This document shows, piece by piece, positions 20,921 to 30,865 of a DNA stretch of 64,000 nt. Positions within the stretch are counted from its first letter, which is position 1. Every line of letters begins with the position of its first letter. The stretch lies in NCBI GenBank assembly GCA_038231275.1, contig JBBRLQ010000005.1, forward strand, positions 1-64,000, in the 5' to 3' direction. Under the pieces are notes generated by a model. That model made no database searches. It was not told the DNA's origin and worked only from the letters and a program-made list of their open reading frames with translations. The DNA comes from Polyangiales bacterium (lineage in GTDB: Bacteria; Myxococcota_A; Polyangia; Polyangiales; Polyangiaceae). Position numbers and translations under genes: made by a program.

Positions 20921-22453
20921 ATGTCGCTCGAGAAGAAGCTCACGGAGACGCTCGCCCGCATCGAAAAGGGCGGCGCGTCCAAGTACCACCAGAAGAACGC
21001 CGAGCAGAAGAAGCTCTTCGCGCGCGACCGGATCGCGCTCCTCGTAGACGCGGGCTCGTTCGTAGAAGACGCGGCGCTCGCCAACGTGCAGGACCCCGAG
21101 CTCCCGGCGGATGGCGTCGTCACCGGCACCGCCGCGATCGACGGCCGGCCGGTCGCGATCATGGCGAACGACTCGACGATCAAGGCCGGATCGTGGGGCC
21201 GGCGCACGGTCGAGAAGATCCTCCGCATCCAGGAGACTGCGCGCGATCTCCGCGTGCCGATGCTCTACCTCGTCGACTCCGCGGGCGCGCGCATCACCGA
21301 TCAGATCGAGATGTTCCCCGGTCGCCGCGGCGCCGGCCGCATCTTCTACAACCAAGTCGGCATGAGCGGGATGGTCCCGCAGGTGTGCCTGCTCTTCGGA
21401 CCGAGCGCGGCCGGCGGCGCGTACATCCCCGCGTTCTGCGACGTGGTCGTGATGGTCGAGGGCAACGCCAGCATGTACCTCGGCAGCCCGCGCATGGCCG
21501 AGATGGTCATCGGCGAGAAGGTGACGCTCGAGGAGATGGGCGGCGCCAAGATGCACTGCTCGGTCAGCGGCTGCGGCGACGTCCTCTGCAAGACCGAGGA
21601 AGAAGCAATTGCATTCTGCAAGCGATATTTGGGCTATTTGCCCAAGAATTGCGACGCCGCGCCCCCCACCGCCGCGGCGCGCGCGCCCAAGCCCGGCGGC
21701 AAGCGCATCGAGGAGATCGTCCCCGCCGACGAGAACAAGTTCTTCGACATGATGGCGGTCATCCACGAGCTCATCGACGAGGGCTCGTGGTGCGAGATCA
21801 AGCAGCTCTTCGCGCGCGAGATCCTGACCGGCTTCGCGCGCGTCGACGGGCGCGTCGTGGGCGTCGTTGCCAACCAGCCGAAGTGGCTCGGCGGCGTCCT
21901 CTTCGTCGACTCGGCGGACAAGGCGGCGCGCTTCATCTGGCTCTGCGACGCGTTCAACGTGCCGCTCCTCTACCTGGCCGACGTGCCCGGCTTCATGATC
22001 GGCACGAAGGTCGAGCGCCAGGGCATCATCCGCGCCGGCGCGAAGATGATCGCGGCGGTGAGCGAGGCGACCGTCCCGAAGGTGAGCGTCGTGATCCGCA
22101 AGGCGTACGGCGCCGGCCTCTACGCGATGTGCGGACCGGCGTTCGAGCCCGACGCGTGCATCGCGCTCCCGAGCGCGTCGATCGCCGTCATGGGGCCGCA
22201 AGCGGCCGTCAACGCCGTCTACTACAACAAAATCCAGGAGGTCCCGGCGGGTCCCGAGCGCGACGCGTTCGTCGCGAAGCTGCGCGACGAGTACCGCGCC
22301 GACATCGATCTCATGAAGCTCGCCGGTGAGCTCGTCGTCGACGCCGTCGTCCCCGGCGATCGGCTCCGCGCCGAGATCAGCGCACGTTTCGCCCGATACG
22401 CGGACAAGGCGGAGACGCGCCCCCGCAAGAAACACTTGGTGCCGCCGGTCTGA
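20921..22453 (+). CDS. Acyl-CoA carboxylase beta subunit (methylcrotonyl-CoA carboxylase LiuB-like)
   Basis: DGVVTG, DSAGARI, AAGGAY, GGAKMH, DVPGFMIG, AYGAG. Confidence 0.9.
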   Translation: MSLEKKLTETLARIEKGGASKYHQKNAEQKKLFARDRIALLVDAGSFVEDAALANVQDPELPADGVVTGTAAIDGRPVAIMANDSTIKAGSWGRRTVEKILRIQETARDLRVPMLYLVDSAGARITDQIEMFPGRRGAGRIFYNQVGMSGMVPQVCLLFGPSAAGGAYIPAFCDVVVMVEGNASMYLGSPRMAEMVIGEKVTLEEMGGAKMHCSVSGCGDVLCKTEEEAIAFCKRYLGYLPKNCDAAPPTAAARAPKPGGKRIEEIVPADENKFFDMMAVIHELIDEGSWCEIKQLFAREILTGFARVDGRVVGVVANQPKWLGGVLFVDSADKAARFIWLCDAFNVPLLYLADVPGFMIGTKVERQGIIRAGAKMIAAVSEATVPKVSVVIRKAYGAGLYAMCGPAFEPDACIALPSASIAVMGPQAAVNAVYYNKIQEVPAGPERDAFVAKLRDEYRADIDLMKLAGELVVDAVVPGDRLRAEISARFARYADKAETRPRKKHLVPPV

Positions 22454-22490
22454 AGCCGCTCGTCGAAAAGCGATGGTGGTACTATCGAAG

Positions 22491-23426
22491 ATGGTGACGG
22501 TCCTTCGATCAACGAGGTGGCGCAAGGCGTGCGGCGTTCTCGCGCTGGCATCGGCGGGTTGCGCCACCTTCCTCGGCGGCAACGAGGGCATACTGGACGA
22601 GCTCGACGCAGGGGCCGATGGTGGCATCGACGCTGCTGTCGCGCCGGACGCGAGCACAGGGGCCGACGTGAGCGAGCAAGACGCGCCGTCTCCGCCGCTC
22701 GATGCGGGACCCGACGCTCGGGATGCGGCGAGCGACGCGCCGCCGCCGTGCTCCGGTGACGCGGGACCGCAGGGCGTGCGGGTTGGCGACTTCTGCGTCG
22801 ACAGCACCGAGGTGACGAACGCGGACTATCAAGCGTTCCTCGCGGCCAAAGGCAGCGACGCCGGCGGCCAACCCGCGACGTGCCAGTGGAACACGACCTA
22901 CACCCCGACGACCTGGCCGCCGCCCGCCGCGTCGGGGAGCGTGCCCGTCGCCTTCGTCGACTGGTGCGACGCGTTCGCCTTCTGCGCGTGGGCCAACAAG
23001 CGTCTCTGCGGGGCGCCCGATGGCGGCTCCGTCGGCTTCTCGGATTTCGCGAACGCCTCGGCGAGCCAGTGGTTCGCGGCGTGCTCCCATGCGGCGGACG
23101 GCCAGCACGCCTACCCGTACGGGAACGCGTACGCGCCCGCAGCATGCAACGCGGCCGACTCGAACGACGCAGGCACGCTGGTCGACGCCGCGTCGTTTCC
23201 CGGCTGCGTGGGCGGGTATCCCGGGGTGTTCGATATGAGCGGCAACGCGGCAGAGTGGGAGGACTCGTGCCTCCCGGGCGACGGCGCCGCGCCGCAATCC
23301 GATCCGTGTCGCACACGGGGTGGCGCCGTGGACGACGACGCCGGTGGCCTTGCCTGCGCGAGCGCGGGCAACCGAGGCCGCGCAACCGCGACGGCCAGGA
23401 CGGGGTTCCGATGCTGCACACGGTGA
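22491..23426 (+). CDS. FGE-sulfatase (SUMF1-like) domain lipoprotein
   Basis: Lipobox SAGC; DSTEVTNADY, VDWCDAFAFC.W..KRLC, YPYG, DMSGNAAEW, RGG, GFRCC. Confidence 0.85.
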   Translation: MVTVLRSTRWRKACGVLALASAGCATFLGGNEGILDELDAGADGGIDAAVAPDASTGADVSEQDAPSPPLDAGPDARDAASDAPPPCSGDAGPQGVRVGDFCVDSTEVTNADYQAFLAAKGSDAGGQPATCQWNTTYTPTTWPPPAASGSVPVAFVDWCDAFAFCAWANKRLCGAPDGGSVGFSDFANASASQWFAACSHAADGQHAYPYGNAYAPAACNAADSNDAGTLVDAASFPGCVGGYPGVFDMSGNAAEWEDSCLPGDGAAPQSDPCRTRGGAVDDDAGGLACASAGNRGRATATARTGFRCCTR

Positions 23427-24412
23427 TGCGCCGCGTGGGCCCGCTCGTCACGCTGGCCGCGCTGGCGTCGGTACCGTCGTCGGCGCACGCGGAGGACACC
23501 TCTGCGGCGGGTCTCCTCGCGAGCGGCAAGCGCTTGATGGCGGCGGGGCAGGTAGCGGAGGCCTGTCCGAAGCTCGCCGAGAGCCAGCGCCTCGCCCCGG
23601 AGGTCGGGACCGAGTTGCTCTTCGCCGATTGCGTCCTCTCGCTGGGAAGGACGGCAACCGCGTGGCGCCATTACCGGGCCGCCGCCGAAGTACTGGCCCG
23701 CGCAAAAGATCCACGCGAGGCAGCGACGCGAAAAAAGATCGAAGCGCTCACGCCGCGGGTCGGCCGCATCGTGATCATTCCGCCGGTCGGGGCAAAGCCG
23801 TCGTTGGGCCTCGATTGCGACGGCGTCTCCATTCGCCCCAGCGAGTGGCGCGCGGAGCTGCCGATGGACCCCGGTACGCATCGCGTCACCGCGACCACGC
23901 TCGTCGGCTCGACGTGGTCGATTCGCGTCACCGTGCCTCCGGAGGGAGGCGTTCAGACCGTCACCATTCCCGACGAGGTGATCGGGCAAACGACCCTTGA
24001 GCATCTGGCGCGCCCGTCCGGCTCCGCGCGCGAGGAGGACGCGGCCGTCTCCGAGGAGGAGCCTGTCGCAGGAGATCCCGGAAAATTCCAGCGGGTCCTC
24101 GGACTCGTGGTCGGTGGCGTCGGGGTGGTCGGCATCGGGGTCGGCACGTTCTTCGGCATCCGCGCGAAGTCGAAGCTCGATGATTCGAACAACGGACACT
24201 GTCGGGTGGGCGACCGCTGCGACGCGGCCGGGGTGGTGCTGCGCGACGATTACTTGAGCGCCGCACGGATCTCCACGGTGTCGTTCCTCGTGGGCGGTGT
24301 GCTGGTCGCGGGAGGCGCCGTCCTTTACCTGACGGCGCCGTCGACGCCGGTGGCGGTGGCCGTGACCGGTGGCCCCGGCGGTCCGCACATGGTGCTCCGC
24401 GGCACGTTCTGA
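23426..24412 (+). CDS. TPR + PEGA-like protein, paralog of 19906-20895
   Basis: ACPKLAES, FADC, MDPGTH, KSKLDDSNNGHC..C; ends GTF; TGATG overlap. Confidence 0.75.
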   Translation: MRRVGPLVTLAALASVPSSAHAEDTSAAGLLASGKRLMAAGQVAEACPKLAESQRLAPEVGTELLFADCVLSLGRTATAWRHYRAAAEVLARAKDPREAATRKKIEALTPRVGRIVIIPPVGAKPSLGLDCDGVSIRPSEWRAELPMDPGTHRVTATTLVGSTWSIRVTVPPEGGVQTVTIPDEVIGQTTLEHLARPSGSAREEDAAVSEEEPVAGDPGKFQRVLGLVVGGVGVVGIGVGTFFGIRAKSKLDDSNNGHCRVGDRCDAAGVVLRDDYLSAARISTVSFLVGGVLVAGGAVLYLTAPSTPVAVAVTGGPGGPHMVLRGTF

Positions 24413-24481
24413 CGAGCTCTGCGTCCGCCGACGGGCGTACCGTCCTCGCACGCGCGGCTCGGAATGGTAGGCTCATCACCA

Positions 24482-26947
24482 ATGTCCTCGCGGGCCGTCG
24501 CGCTCTTCGTATCGGGCTCTTTGTTGTCGCTGCTGCCCTGCAGCGATGCGTTGGCCGGCGGACCGCCTCATGCGGCGAGCGTCGTGCGCGTGCTCGGACC
24601 GAGCGCCGAGCGGATCTTCGCGCCGGTGAGCGGCCAGCTCGGCGCGCTCGTCGCCCTCCCGGCTGGGCAGCGCGCCGAAGATCTCGGCCTCACCCCGGTC
24701 GTGCCGGGGATCGCGCGCCTGCGCGGCTCTCGCCAGGACCTCCTCTCCTTTTCGGACGCGCACCCCGGAGTGCATGTCGAGATCGCGCCGCCGCTTCACC
24801 CGCTCCTCGACAACGCGGGAAAGTGGGTCCAGGCCGACATCGGGCGCTTCCTCAAGAACGTCAATGGGACCGGCGTCCTCGTGGGCGTCGCCGACACCGG
24901 GCTCGACATCACCCACCCCGACTTCATCGACGAGACCGGCCACACGCGCGTTGCGTGGATGCTCGATCTCTCGCTCGCTCCGCGCGGAAATCACCCCGAG
25001 CTCGAACAGAAATTCGGCATCACGCAGAACGGCGCGCTCGTCGCAGGCGCGGTCCTCGCGTCGGGCGAGATCGACAACGTCCTCTTCAACAACATCAACG
25101 GCCCGACCGACACCATCGGCCACGGAACGCACGTCACGTCCATCGCGACTGGCAACGGCGGCCTGAAGACGCACTCTCCCTACGTGGGCATGGCGCCGGG
25201 CGCGAAGATCATCTTCGTCCGCGTCACCCGCGACGCGAGCGAATCCATCGAGAACGACGATCTCATTCGCGCTGTCCAGTTCATCTACGACCGCGCCGAC
25301 TTCGAGAAGAAGCCGGTGAGCTTGAACCTCTCGCTGGGCAGCGATTTCGGACCACACGACGGGACGTTTCTCTGGGAGAACGTGCTGGCGAGCTACGTTG
25401 GTCCCGACAAGCCCGGTCACGCGCTCGTCGTCGCGGCGGGAAACAGCGGCTCGATCGCCGAGACGCCGATCCACCAGAGCGTGCACGTCGCGCGCAGCTC
25501 GACGCTCCGCGTTCCCATTGCGACGCGCGGCGCCGCCAACGGATCGATCCAGGTCTGGATCACGATGCGCCAAGGGGCCTCGCTCAGCGTCGGCCTCGAC
25601 GGACCCGACGGCAGCTGGATCAGCCCGGTCGGCGACGGTGGTCAGGGTGGTAAGAACAGCAGCGGCTACAACGCAGGTGTCGTCAACGGCAGCACGGCGC
25701 AAGGCGGCACCGGCCCGGTGCCGAAGGGATCGCACGGCGCGGTCGTCCTATGGCAAGGCGCGTGGCCGGCCGGGCAGTACGAGATCGTCCTCGAGGGCGA
25801 GGGGACCGCAGACCTCTACTTGCAAGCCGGCGGCGACGCGGCGCCGGGCGGACCGAGCCCCGCGTCGTTCGCGGCGGGCGTGCGCGAAGGCACGATCAAT
25901 CTGCCGGCGACGCACCCGTCGATCATCGCCGTGGGGTGCACCGTCAACCGGATCAACTGGACGAGCATAGACAAGGCGGAGGTGGCGCTGCACGTCCCGG
26001 TGCTCGACGCGAGGGGCGGCCTGCCGCTCAACACGCCGTCGCGGAACCTGGTCGACGGCGAAATGTGCTGGTTCTCGAGCGCGGGCCCCACCGTGACGGG
26101 CCAACCGAAGCCGGAGATCAGCTCGCCCGGCGGCCTCGTGATCGCGGCGATGAGCGCGCAGGCGCTACCCGGGACGCCGGGGAGCGTCTTCACCAACCCG
26201 AGCTGCCCGCCCCTCAAGAAGGGGGGCACGCCCGATCCCAAGTGCCTCCAAATCGACGCGAACCACGGCGTCGCGGTAGGCACCAGCATGTCGGCGCCGC
26301 TCGTCGCCGGCGCCGTCGCGCTCCTCTTCCAGATGGACCCGACGCTCACGCAGGACAAGATCGTCGCGCTGCTTCAAGCCGGCGCGCACCCGTTTCGTGG
26401 CGACGCGCCGTTTCAGGATCAGGGCGGACCGGGAGAGCTCGACGTCCTCGGCTCCCTCGATGCGCTCGAGCGCATGCACGATCCGAAGACGTTCCTGCCG
26501 AGCGCCGACAAGAGCTGGCTCACCGTCAGCGCCGACTACGTCGCGGCGGACGGCTCCACGCCGGTCACGGCGATCGTGGAGCTTCGCACCGCCGACGGTC
26601 AGCACCGCGCCGATCTGCTCGGCGACCGGCTCCAAGCGGTGGTGAAGCTCGACGGAGTCCCGACGATCCCGCCGGCGATCCTGCGGCGCGGTCCTGGCGT
26701 CTACACGTTCGTCGTGCAGCCGCCGCCCGGGCTCGGCGGAAGGTCCCTCACGTTCGGCGCGACGTTCGACGGCGTCGACGTGGTCACCCCAAAGACGCTC
26801 CCGATCTCTGCCGACATCTGGGCGAGCCAATACCCCAGCTCCACGAAGGGCGGCTGCAACGTCGCGCCGCCTCCGCGCGAGAGGTCCGGTCTCGCGTGGC
26901 TTGCGGTGGGCCTCGCCGCGTCGCTCGTCCGCCGTCGTCGTCGCTGA
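24482..26947 (+). CDS. S8 subtilisin-like serine protease with MYXO-CTERM
   Basis: DTG, HGTHV, AAGNSG, GTSMSAP; C-terminal GGC..hydrophobic..RRRRR. Confidence 0.9.
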   Translation: MSSRAVALFVSGSLLSLLPCSDALAGGPPHAASVVRVLGPSAERIFAPVSGQLGALVALPAGQRAEDLGLTPVVPGIARLRGSRQDLLSFSDAHPGVHVEIAPPLHPLLDNAGKWVQADIGRFLKNVNGTGVLVGVADTGLDITHPDFIDETGHTRVAWMLDLSLAPRGNHPELEQKFGITQNGALVAGAVLASGEIDNVLFNNINGPTDTIGHGTHVTSIATGNGGLKTHSPYVGMAPGAKIIFVRVTRDASESIENDDLIRAVQFIYDRADFEKKPVSLNLSLGSDFGPHDGTFLWENVLASYVGPDKPGHALVVAAGNSGSIAETPIHQSVHVARSSTLRVPIATRGAANGSIQVWITMRQGASLSVGLDGPDGSWISPVGDGGQGGKNSSGYNAGVVNGSTAQGGTGPVPKGSHGAVVLWQGAWPAGQYEIVLEGEGTADLYLQAGGDAAPGGPSPASFAAGVREGTINLPATHPSIIAVGCTVNRINWTSIDKAEVALHVPVLDARGGLPLNTPSRNLVDGEMCWFSSAGPTVTGQPKPEISSPGGLVIAAMSAQALPGTPGSVFTNPSCPPLKKGGTPDPKCLQIDANHGVAVGTSMSAPLVAGAVALLFQMDPTLTQDKIVALLQAGAHPFRGDAPFQDQGGPGELDVLGSLDALERMHDPKTFLPSADKSWLTVSADYVAADGSTPVTAIVELRTADGQHRADLLGDRLQAVVKLDGVPTIPPAILRRGPGVYTFVVQPPPGLGGRSLTFGATFDGVDVVTPKTLPISADIWASQYPSSTKGGCNVAPPPRERSGLAWLAVGLAASLVRRRRR

Positions 26948-27184
26948 GAGGTTGTCCGCAAATCGACGCTGGCGACGCGCCACGGGGCGGCGGGAGAGCC
27001 GTGGCAACGGGACGAAACCGGCGAGCCCGGCGCCCTTTTCGATGCTCGCGGAAGCGTCGCATGTCGTGGCGTCGCTCGCGTTTCGTCGGCGAACATGGCG
27101 GCGGTCTCGCCGCTTTCGTTCCGCTGCCGCTGCGTGACCGTCAGGTCGTGCCAAGACCTTCGAAGTCGATTTCCCGACACACCT
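26948..27184. mobile_element. Putative MITE (non-autonomous, IS5/IS1031-like ends)
   Basis: 20-bp imperfect TIRs GAGGTTGTCCGCAAATCGAC / GTCGATTTCCCGACACACCT (inner 15 nt match 13/15), flanked on both sides by TGA. Confidence 0.55.
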
Positions 27185-27193
27185 TGAGACGCG

Positions 27194-28516
27194 CTACTCG
27201 CTCGCGACGGTGAGGAGCCAGCCGTGGGGCTCCCAGATCGCGTCGTCGGGATCGAAGGAGTACGACGCGTCGCCGCAGTTGGTGCCGACGACGAGGATCG
27301 TCGTCACCGGATCGAGATCGACGAGGCTGATCTGGGTCGCAGTGGCCTTGTCGGTCGTCGGGATGGGCAGGTGACCAAGCTCGTGTCCGGCCGCGTCGAG
27401 CTTGACGACCGCCCATCGCATCTTCGCGTGGGTCTCCCACTCAAGCTCTATTCGTAGCCGCGCGCCGGGCGTCGCTCCTGCGCGGTGGACGGCGACGATG
27501 GATGTGCCGGTCGGCGCGACGCCGCTGGCGGGAGACGACAAGCGTCGCGGCTTGGTAGGCCAGTCGATCGTCCAGTCGACCTTCGTGTCTCCACGGCGCG
27601 CGCGCATGATCGCGATCTCGCGGAGCAGATCGTCGATCGTCGAACCGGTGGACACGGCCTCTTTGAAGCTCGCGCGGAGGACCTCGAACGTGTCGGGCTC
27701 GTTCTTCCACCGAAACGCGCCGGGGGGCGTGATGCTCGGCGAGAGCGCCCACAGCGCGCGAATGACGCCGCCGGGCTCCGAAGCGAACGTCGCGTCGAGC
27801 CACGCGTACGCCACTCCCGCGCCGTCACCGAAGCGCGCGCCGACCTCGGGGGATGCCTCCGGCCAGGTATCGACGAGGGCGCGTTCGGGGTGCGACTGGA
27901 AGAGCGACGCGTCGATCCCCGCGCACGGCGCGACGAGCTCCGCCATCGCCGACGTCTGCGCGCGCGCGGCTCCTTCATCCATCGCCGGCGACACGCGCAC
28001 GAGCACGGCGCGGAGGAGCTCGCGCGCGATCGCCCGATCGCGGGAACACCCGCCCAAGCGCGCGTCGACGACCGTGAACGCGCTGCCCCTATCTATGGTG
28101 CCGCGCACGTCGCGCTCCGAGAGCACGGTGCGCGCGGCGAGCGCGGGGCGGTGCACGAGGTAGATGTCGTACGCGCCGGTGCCGGGATCGGCGTCGGGCG
28201 GCGGCAGATCGAGCGCGCCGGTCACGGTCTCCCACGCGCGCTCCGCGGACGTCAGCGCGGAGAGCACATCGTTCGTGGGCACGCCCGGCGCGGCGCGCAC
28301 GCACAGCGGACGCGTGAAGGAGCATGCGCGCGTCGGCGTCGAAGCGGCGTCGGGTCGCCGCAGATCCGCGCGCAGGAGTGGTCCTGGGGAAGCGCTGTCG
28401 ATCGCCGTCGTGGCGCTCGCGTCCGCGTCGAGGTTGTCGTCGCCCACGCCCGCGGCGGCATGCGCCGCATGACAGAGGAGCGCGATTCCGACGAAGAGGT
28501 GCGCAACGCGCGGCAT
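27194..28516 (-). CDS. Secreted hypothetical protein resembling zincin-like myxobacterial proteins but lacking HExxH
   Basis: Signal peptide; PPPDADPGTGAYDIYL; ARELLRA at the expected metal-binding position. Confidence 0.55.
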   Translation of the reverse strand: MPRVAHLFVGIALLCHAAHAAAGVGDDNLDADASATTAIDSASPGPLLRADLRRPDAASTPTRACSFTRPLCVRAAPGVPTNDVLSALTSAERAWETVTGALDLPPPDADPGTGAYDIYLVHRPALAARTVLSERDVRGTIDRGSAFTVVDARLGGCSRDRAIARELLRAVLVRVSPAMDEGAARAQTSAMAELVAPCAGIDASLFQSHPERALVDTWPEASPEVGARFGDGAGVAYAWLDATFASEPGGVIRALWALSPSITPPGAFRWKNEPDTFEVLRASFKEAVSTGSTIDDLLREIAIMRARRGDTKVDWTIDWPTKPRRLSSPASGVAPTGTSIVAVHRAGATPGARLRIELEWETHAKMRWAVVKLDAAGHELGHLPIPTTDKATATQISLVDLDPVTTILVVGTNCGDASYSFDPDDAIWEPHGWLLTVASE

Positions 28517-28573
28517 CTCCTCACCTTTAGCCCATTTGACACCGGGTTTTTCAGGCTCGTATAAACTTCGACG

Positions 28574-29131
28574 ATGGCGCAGGGCGCGTTCGATCCTGAA
28601 GGCTCGCTCGAGTTCGATCTTCCGCGGGGGATCGTGCGCGGCGCGGGCGATCGGCTGATGGTCGTGCCGGCGTCCCTCGTCGAAGAGATCTCGGCGACCG
28701 CCGGCGCTGCGGCTGCCGTCAGCGTCGCGCGCGCCATCGGGACCTCGTGCGGTCAGCGCGCGGCGCTTCGCCTTGGGGGCCTCGAGGCCACCCGTGACGC
28801 GTCGATCGAGACGGTCCTCTCGCACCTCGCGGGGGAGCTCGCGCTCTCTGGCGTCGGCGTCGCCCACCTCGAGCGATGGGGGCGCGCGCTCGTGATCGTG
28901 CTCGCGAGCTCGCCCATCCGAGACGACGACGCGGTGGCTGCGCTCGTCGAGGGGGCGATGGCCTCGCTCGTCGAGCGCCCGATCGCGACGCTTTTTCTGG
29001 CGCGCGACGCCGCCGGCGCGCGAGTCCTCGTCACGAGCGCGACCGCGGTCCTTCGCGCGAAGGGGCTCCTCGACGCAGGGGTCTCCTGGGGCGAGGCGTT
29101 GACGAGGCTTCAGGCGCGAGGCGACGCATGA
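28574..29131 (+). CDS. V4R-like small-molecule-binding protein
   Basis: G.V....RLMVVP..L...; GELALSG.G...ERWGRAL. Confidence 0.55.
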   Translation: MAQGAFDPEGSLEFDLPRGIVRGAGDRLMVVPASLVEEISATAGAAAAVSVARAIGTSCGQRAALRLGGLEATRDASIETVLSHLAGELALSGVGVAHLERWGRALVIVLASSPIRDDDAVAALVEGAMASLVERPIATLFLARDAAGARVLVTSATAVLRAKGLLDAGVSWGEALTRLQARGDA

Positions 29132-29940
29132 GCGACGAAGAGCGCATTGCGAAGCTCCAGAAGCTGCTCGATCGCGTGCTGACGCGCAGCGAGCCGGAGG
29201 AGGAGCCGGAGTCGTCGGGCGCGCTCCATGGCGAGCACACGCAGATCTCGGAGGGACCCCCGGCCGACGCGCTGCCCGCCGACGCGCAGGAGGAGCCGGC
29301 GCTCGAACGCACCGTCGATCCTTCGGTCCACAAAGAGCCAGAGCCGAAAGAAGCGGAGCTGCAGGCGCCTGCTGCGCTGGAGAGCCGCTCGCGCCTCGTC
29401 TCCGCGAGCACCGAGGCGGAGGAGCTGAACGAGGACGATCTGGTCCCCGCCTCCGAGTCGACCGATCAGCTCGAGGCCGCCGTCCCGCTCGTGCGCCGCT
29501 CGAAGCGCGCCGCCGCCGAGACGCCGAAGGAGGACGCCGAGCCGCTCAGTGACGGCCGCTTTCCCGTGGGAACCGGCGAAATTCAGCTCGTGAGCGAAGA
29601 GGAGCAGTCGCTGGCAGAGGAGATCGCATCCGAGGAGATCCACTCGAGCGAGATCGAAGAGGACGCGCCGATCTCGTCGCGTCGCCCGATCGACAGCGAG
29701 TCGGCGACGCGCGTGGTCGACGAGTCGCCGCCGGAGTCGGGCAAGCAGATCACCGCCGCGCCCTACGAGAGCCCGCCGTCCGGGCGAAAGTCCACGTCGC
29801 CGCCGTCGGCGAGCCGCGACCACGACGTGATCCGCGCGGAGTTGCCGCCCTCCGGCAAGGTCGCGTCGATCACGCCGCCGCTCCATCCGCGTCCTGTAAC
29901 GTTCGGCGCGCTCGTGGATCTGACGCTCGATCTCGTGTGA
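29128..29940 (+). CDS. Acidic low-complexity hypothetical protein
   Basis: ATGA overlap; E/S/P-rich core between short helical termini (LQKLLDRV; TFGALVDLTLDL). Confidence 0.6.
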   Translation: MSDEERIAKLQKLLDRVLTRSEPEEEPESSGALHGEHTQISEGPPADALPADAQEEPALERTVDPSVHKEPEPKEAELQAPAALESRSRLVSASTEAEELNEDDLVPASESTDQLEAAVPLVRRSKRAAAETPKEDAEPLSDGRFPVGTGEIQLVSEEEQSLAEEIASEEIHSSEIEEDAPISSRRPIDSESATRVVDESPPESGKQITAAPYESPPSGRKSTSPPSASRDHDVIRAELPPSGKVASITPPLHPRPVTFGALVDLTLDLV

Positions 29941-29959
29941 ACGCAGAATCGACGCTTGC

Positions 29960-30865
29960 TCAGAGCCAGGTCACCCGCTCGCGACCGAGCCACGTGCGCT
30001 GTCGTCGTGCGAAGACGCGTGTAGAGCGCACGATCGTCGCGGCGAGCTCGGCTTCCGCGAGTCTTCCCTCCAGCGCGGCACGCACCTCGCGGTAGCCGAC
30101 CGCCGCCATCGCGCGGGCGTCGCCATACCCTTTCGTGAGGAGGCGCCGCACTTCGTCGCGCCAACCGGCTGCGAGCATTCCGGCGACGCGCCGCTCGATC
30201 CTCGGGGTCAGCTCGTCGGGCGTCATTCGAATCGCGACGAGCGACGCATCGTAGCGCGCGTCCTTGAACGCATGCGCGCGCTGCCAGGTGCTGAGCGGCG
30301 TCCCGGTGAGCTCCTGCACCTCGAGCGCGCGGCTGACGCGCACCACGTCGTTCGGGTGCAGGCGTGTCGCACTCTCGGGATCGACCAGCGCGAGCGCGCG
30401 GTGCAGCGCCGGTCGTCCCTCCGCCTCCGCGATCGCGTGGTGCCTCGCGCGAATTTCTGCGTTTGCGGCCGGCGCCTCTGCAAGGCCGTACAAGAGCGCC
30501 TTCGCCCACAAGAACGAGCCGCCGCACACGACCACGCGGCGGCCTCGCGCCTGGATGTCGGCGATGGCGGCGTTGGCGAGGGCCGCAAAGCGCGCCGCGT
30601 CGATCGCGTCGAGCGGATCCACGACGCCCACGAGGTGGTGCGGGGCGCGCGCGAGCTCGCCTTCGGAGGGCTTGCCCGCGCCGATGTCGAACCCACGGTA
30701 AATCTGCACGCTGTCGACGCTGACGATCTCGGCCCCGAGGCGCTCGGCGAGGCCGACCGCGAGCGCCGTCTTGCCGCTCGCGGTCGGACCGACGACGGCG
30801 ACGATCCGCGTCGGGCTCTCGCCGGCGAGGGCGAGCGCGCGCTCCAGTCGCTCAGCTTCGCCCAA
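29960..30865 (-). CDS. miaA: tRNA dimethylallyltransferase
   Basis: GPTASGKT, DSVQIYRGFDIG.GKP, HHL, GYRE, ARRQRTW; downstream of mutL. Confidence 0.95.
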   Translation of the reverse strand: MGEAERLERALALAGESPTRIVAVVGPTASGKTALAVGLAERLGAEIVSVDSVQIYRGFDIGAGKPSEGELARAPHHLVGVVDPLDAIDAARFAALANAAIADIQARGRRVVVCGGSFLWAKALLYGLAEAPAANAEIRARHHAIAEAEGRPALHRALALVDPESATRLHPNDVVRVSRALEVQELTGTPLSTWQRAHAFKDARYDASLVAIRMTPDELTPRIERRVAGMLAAGWRDEVRRLLTKGYGDARAMAAVGYREVRAALEGRLAEAELAATIVRSTRVFARRQRTWLGRERVTWL

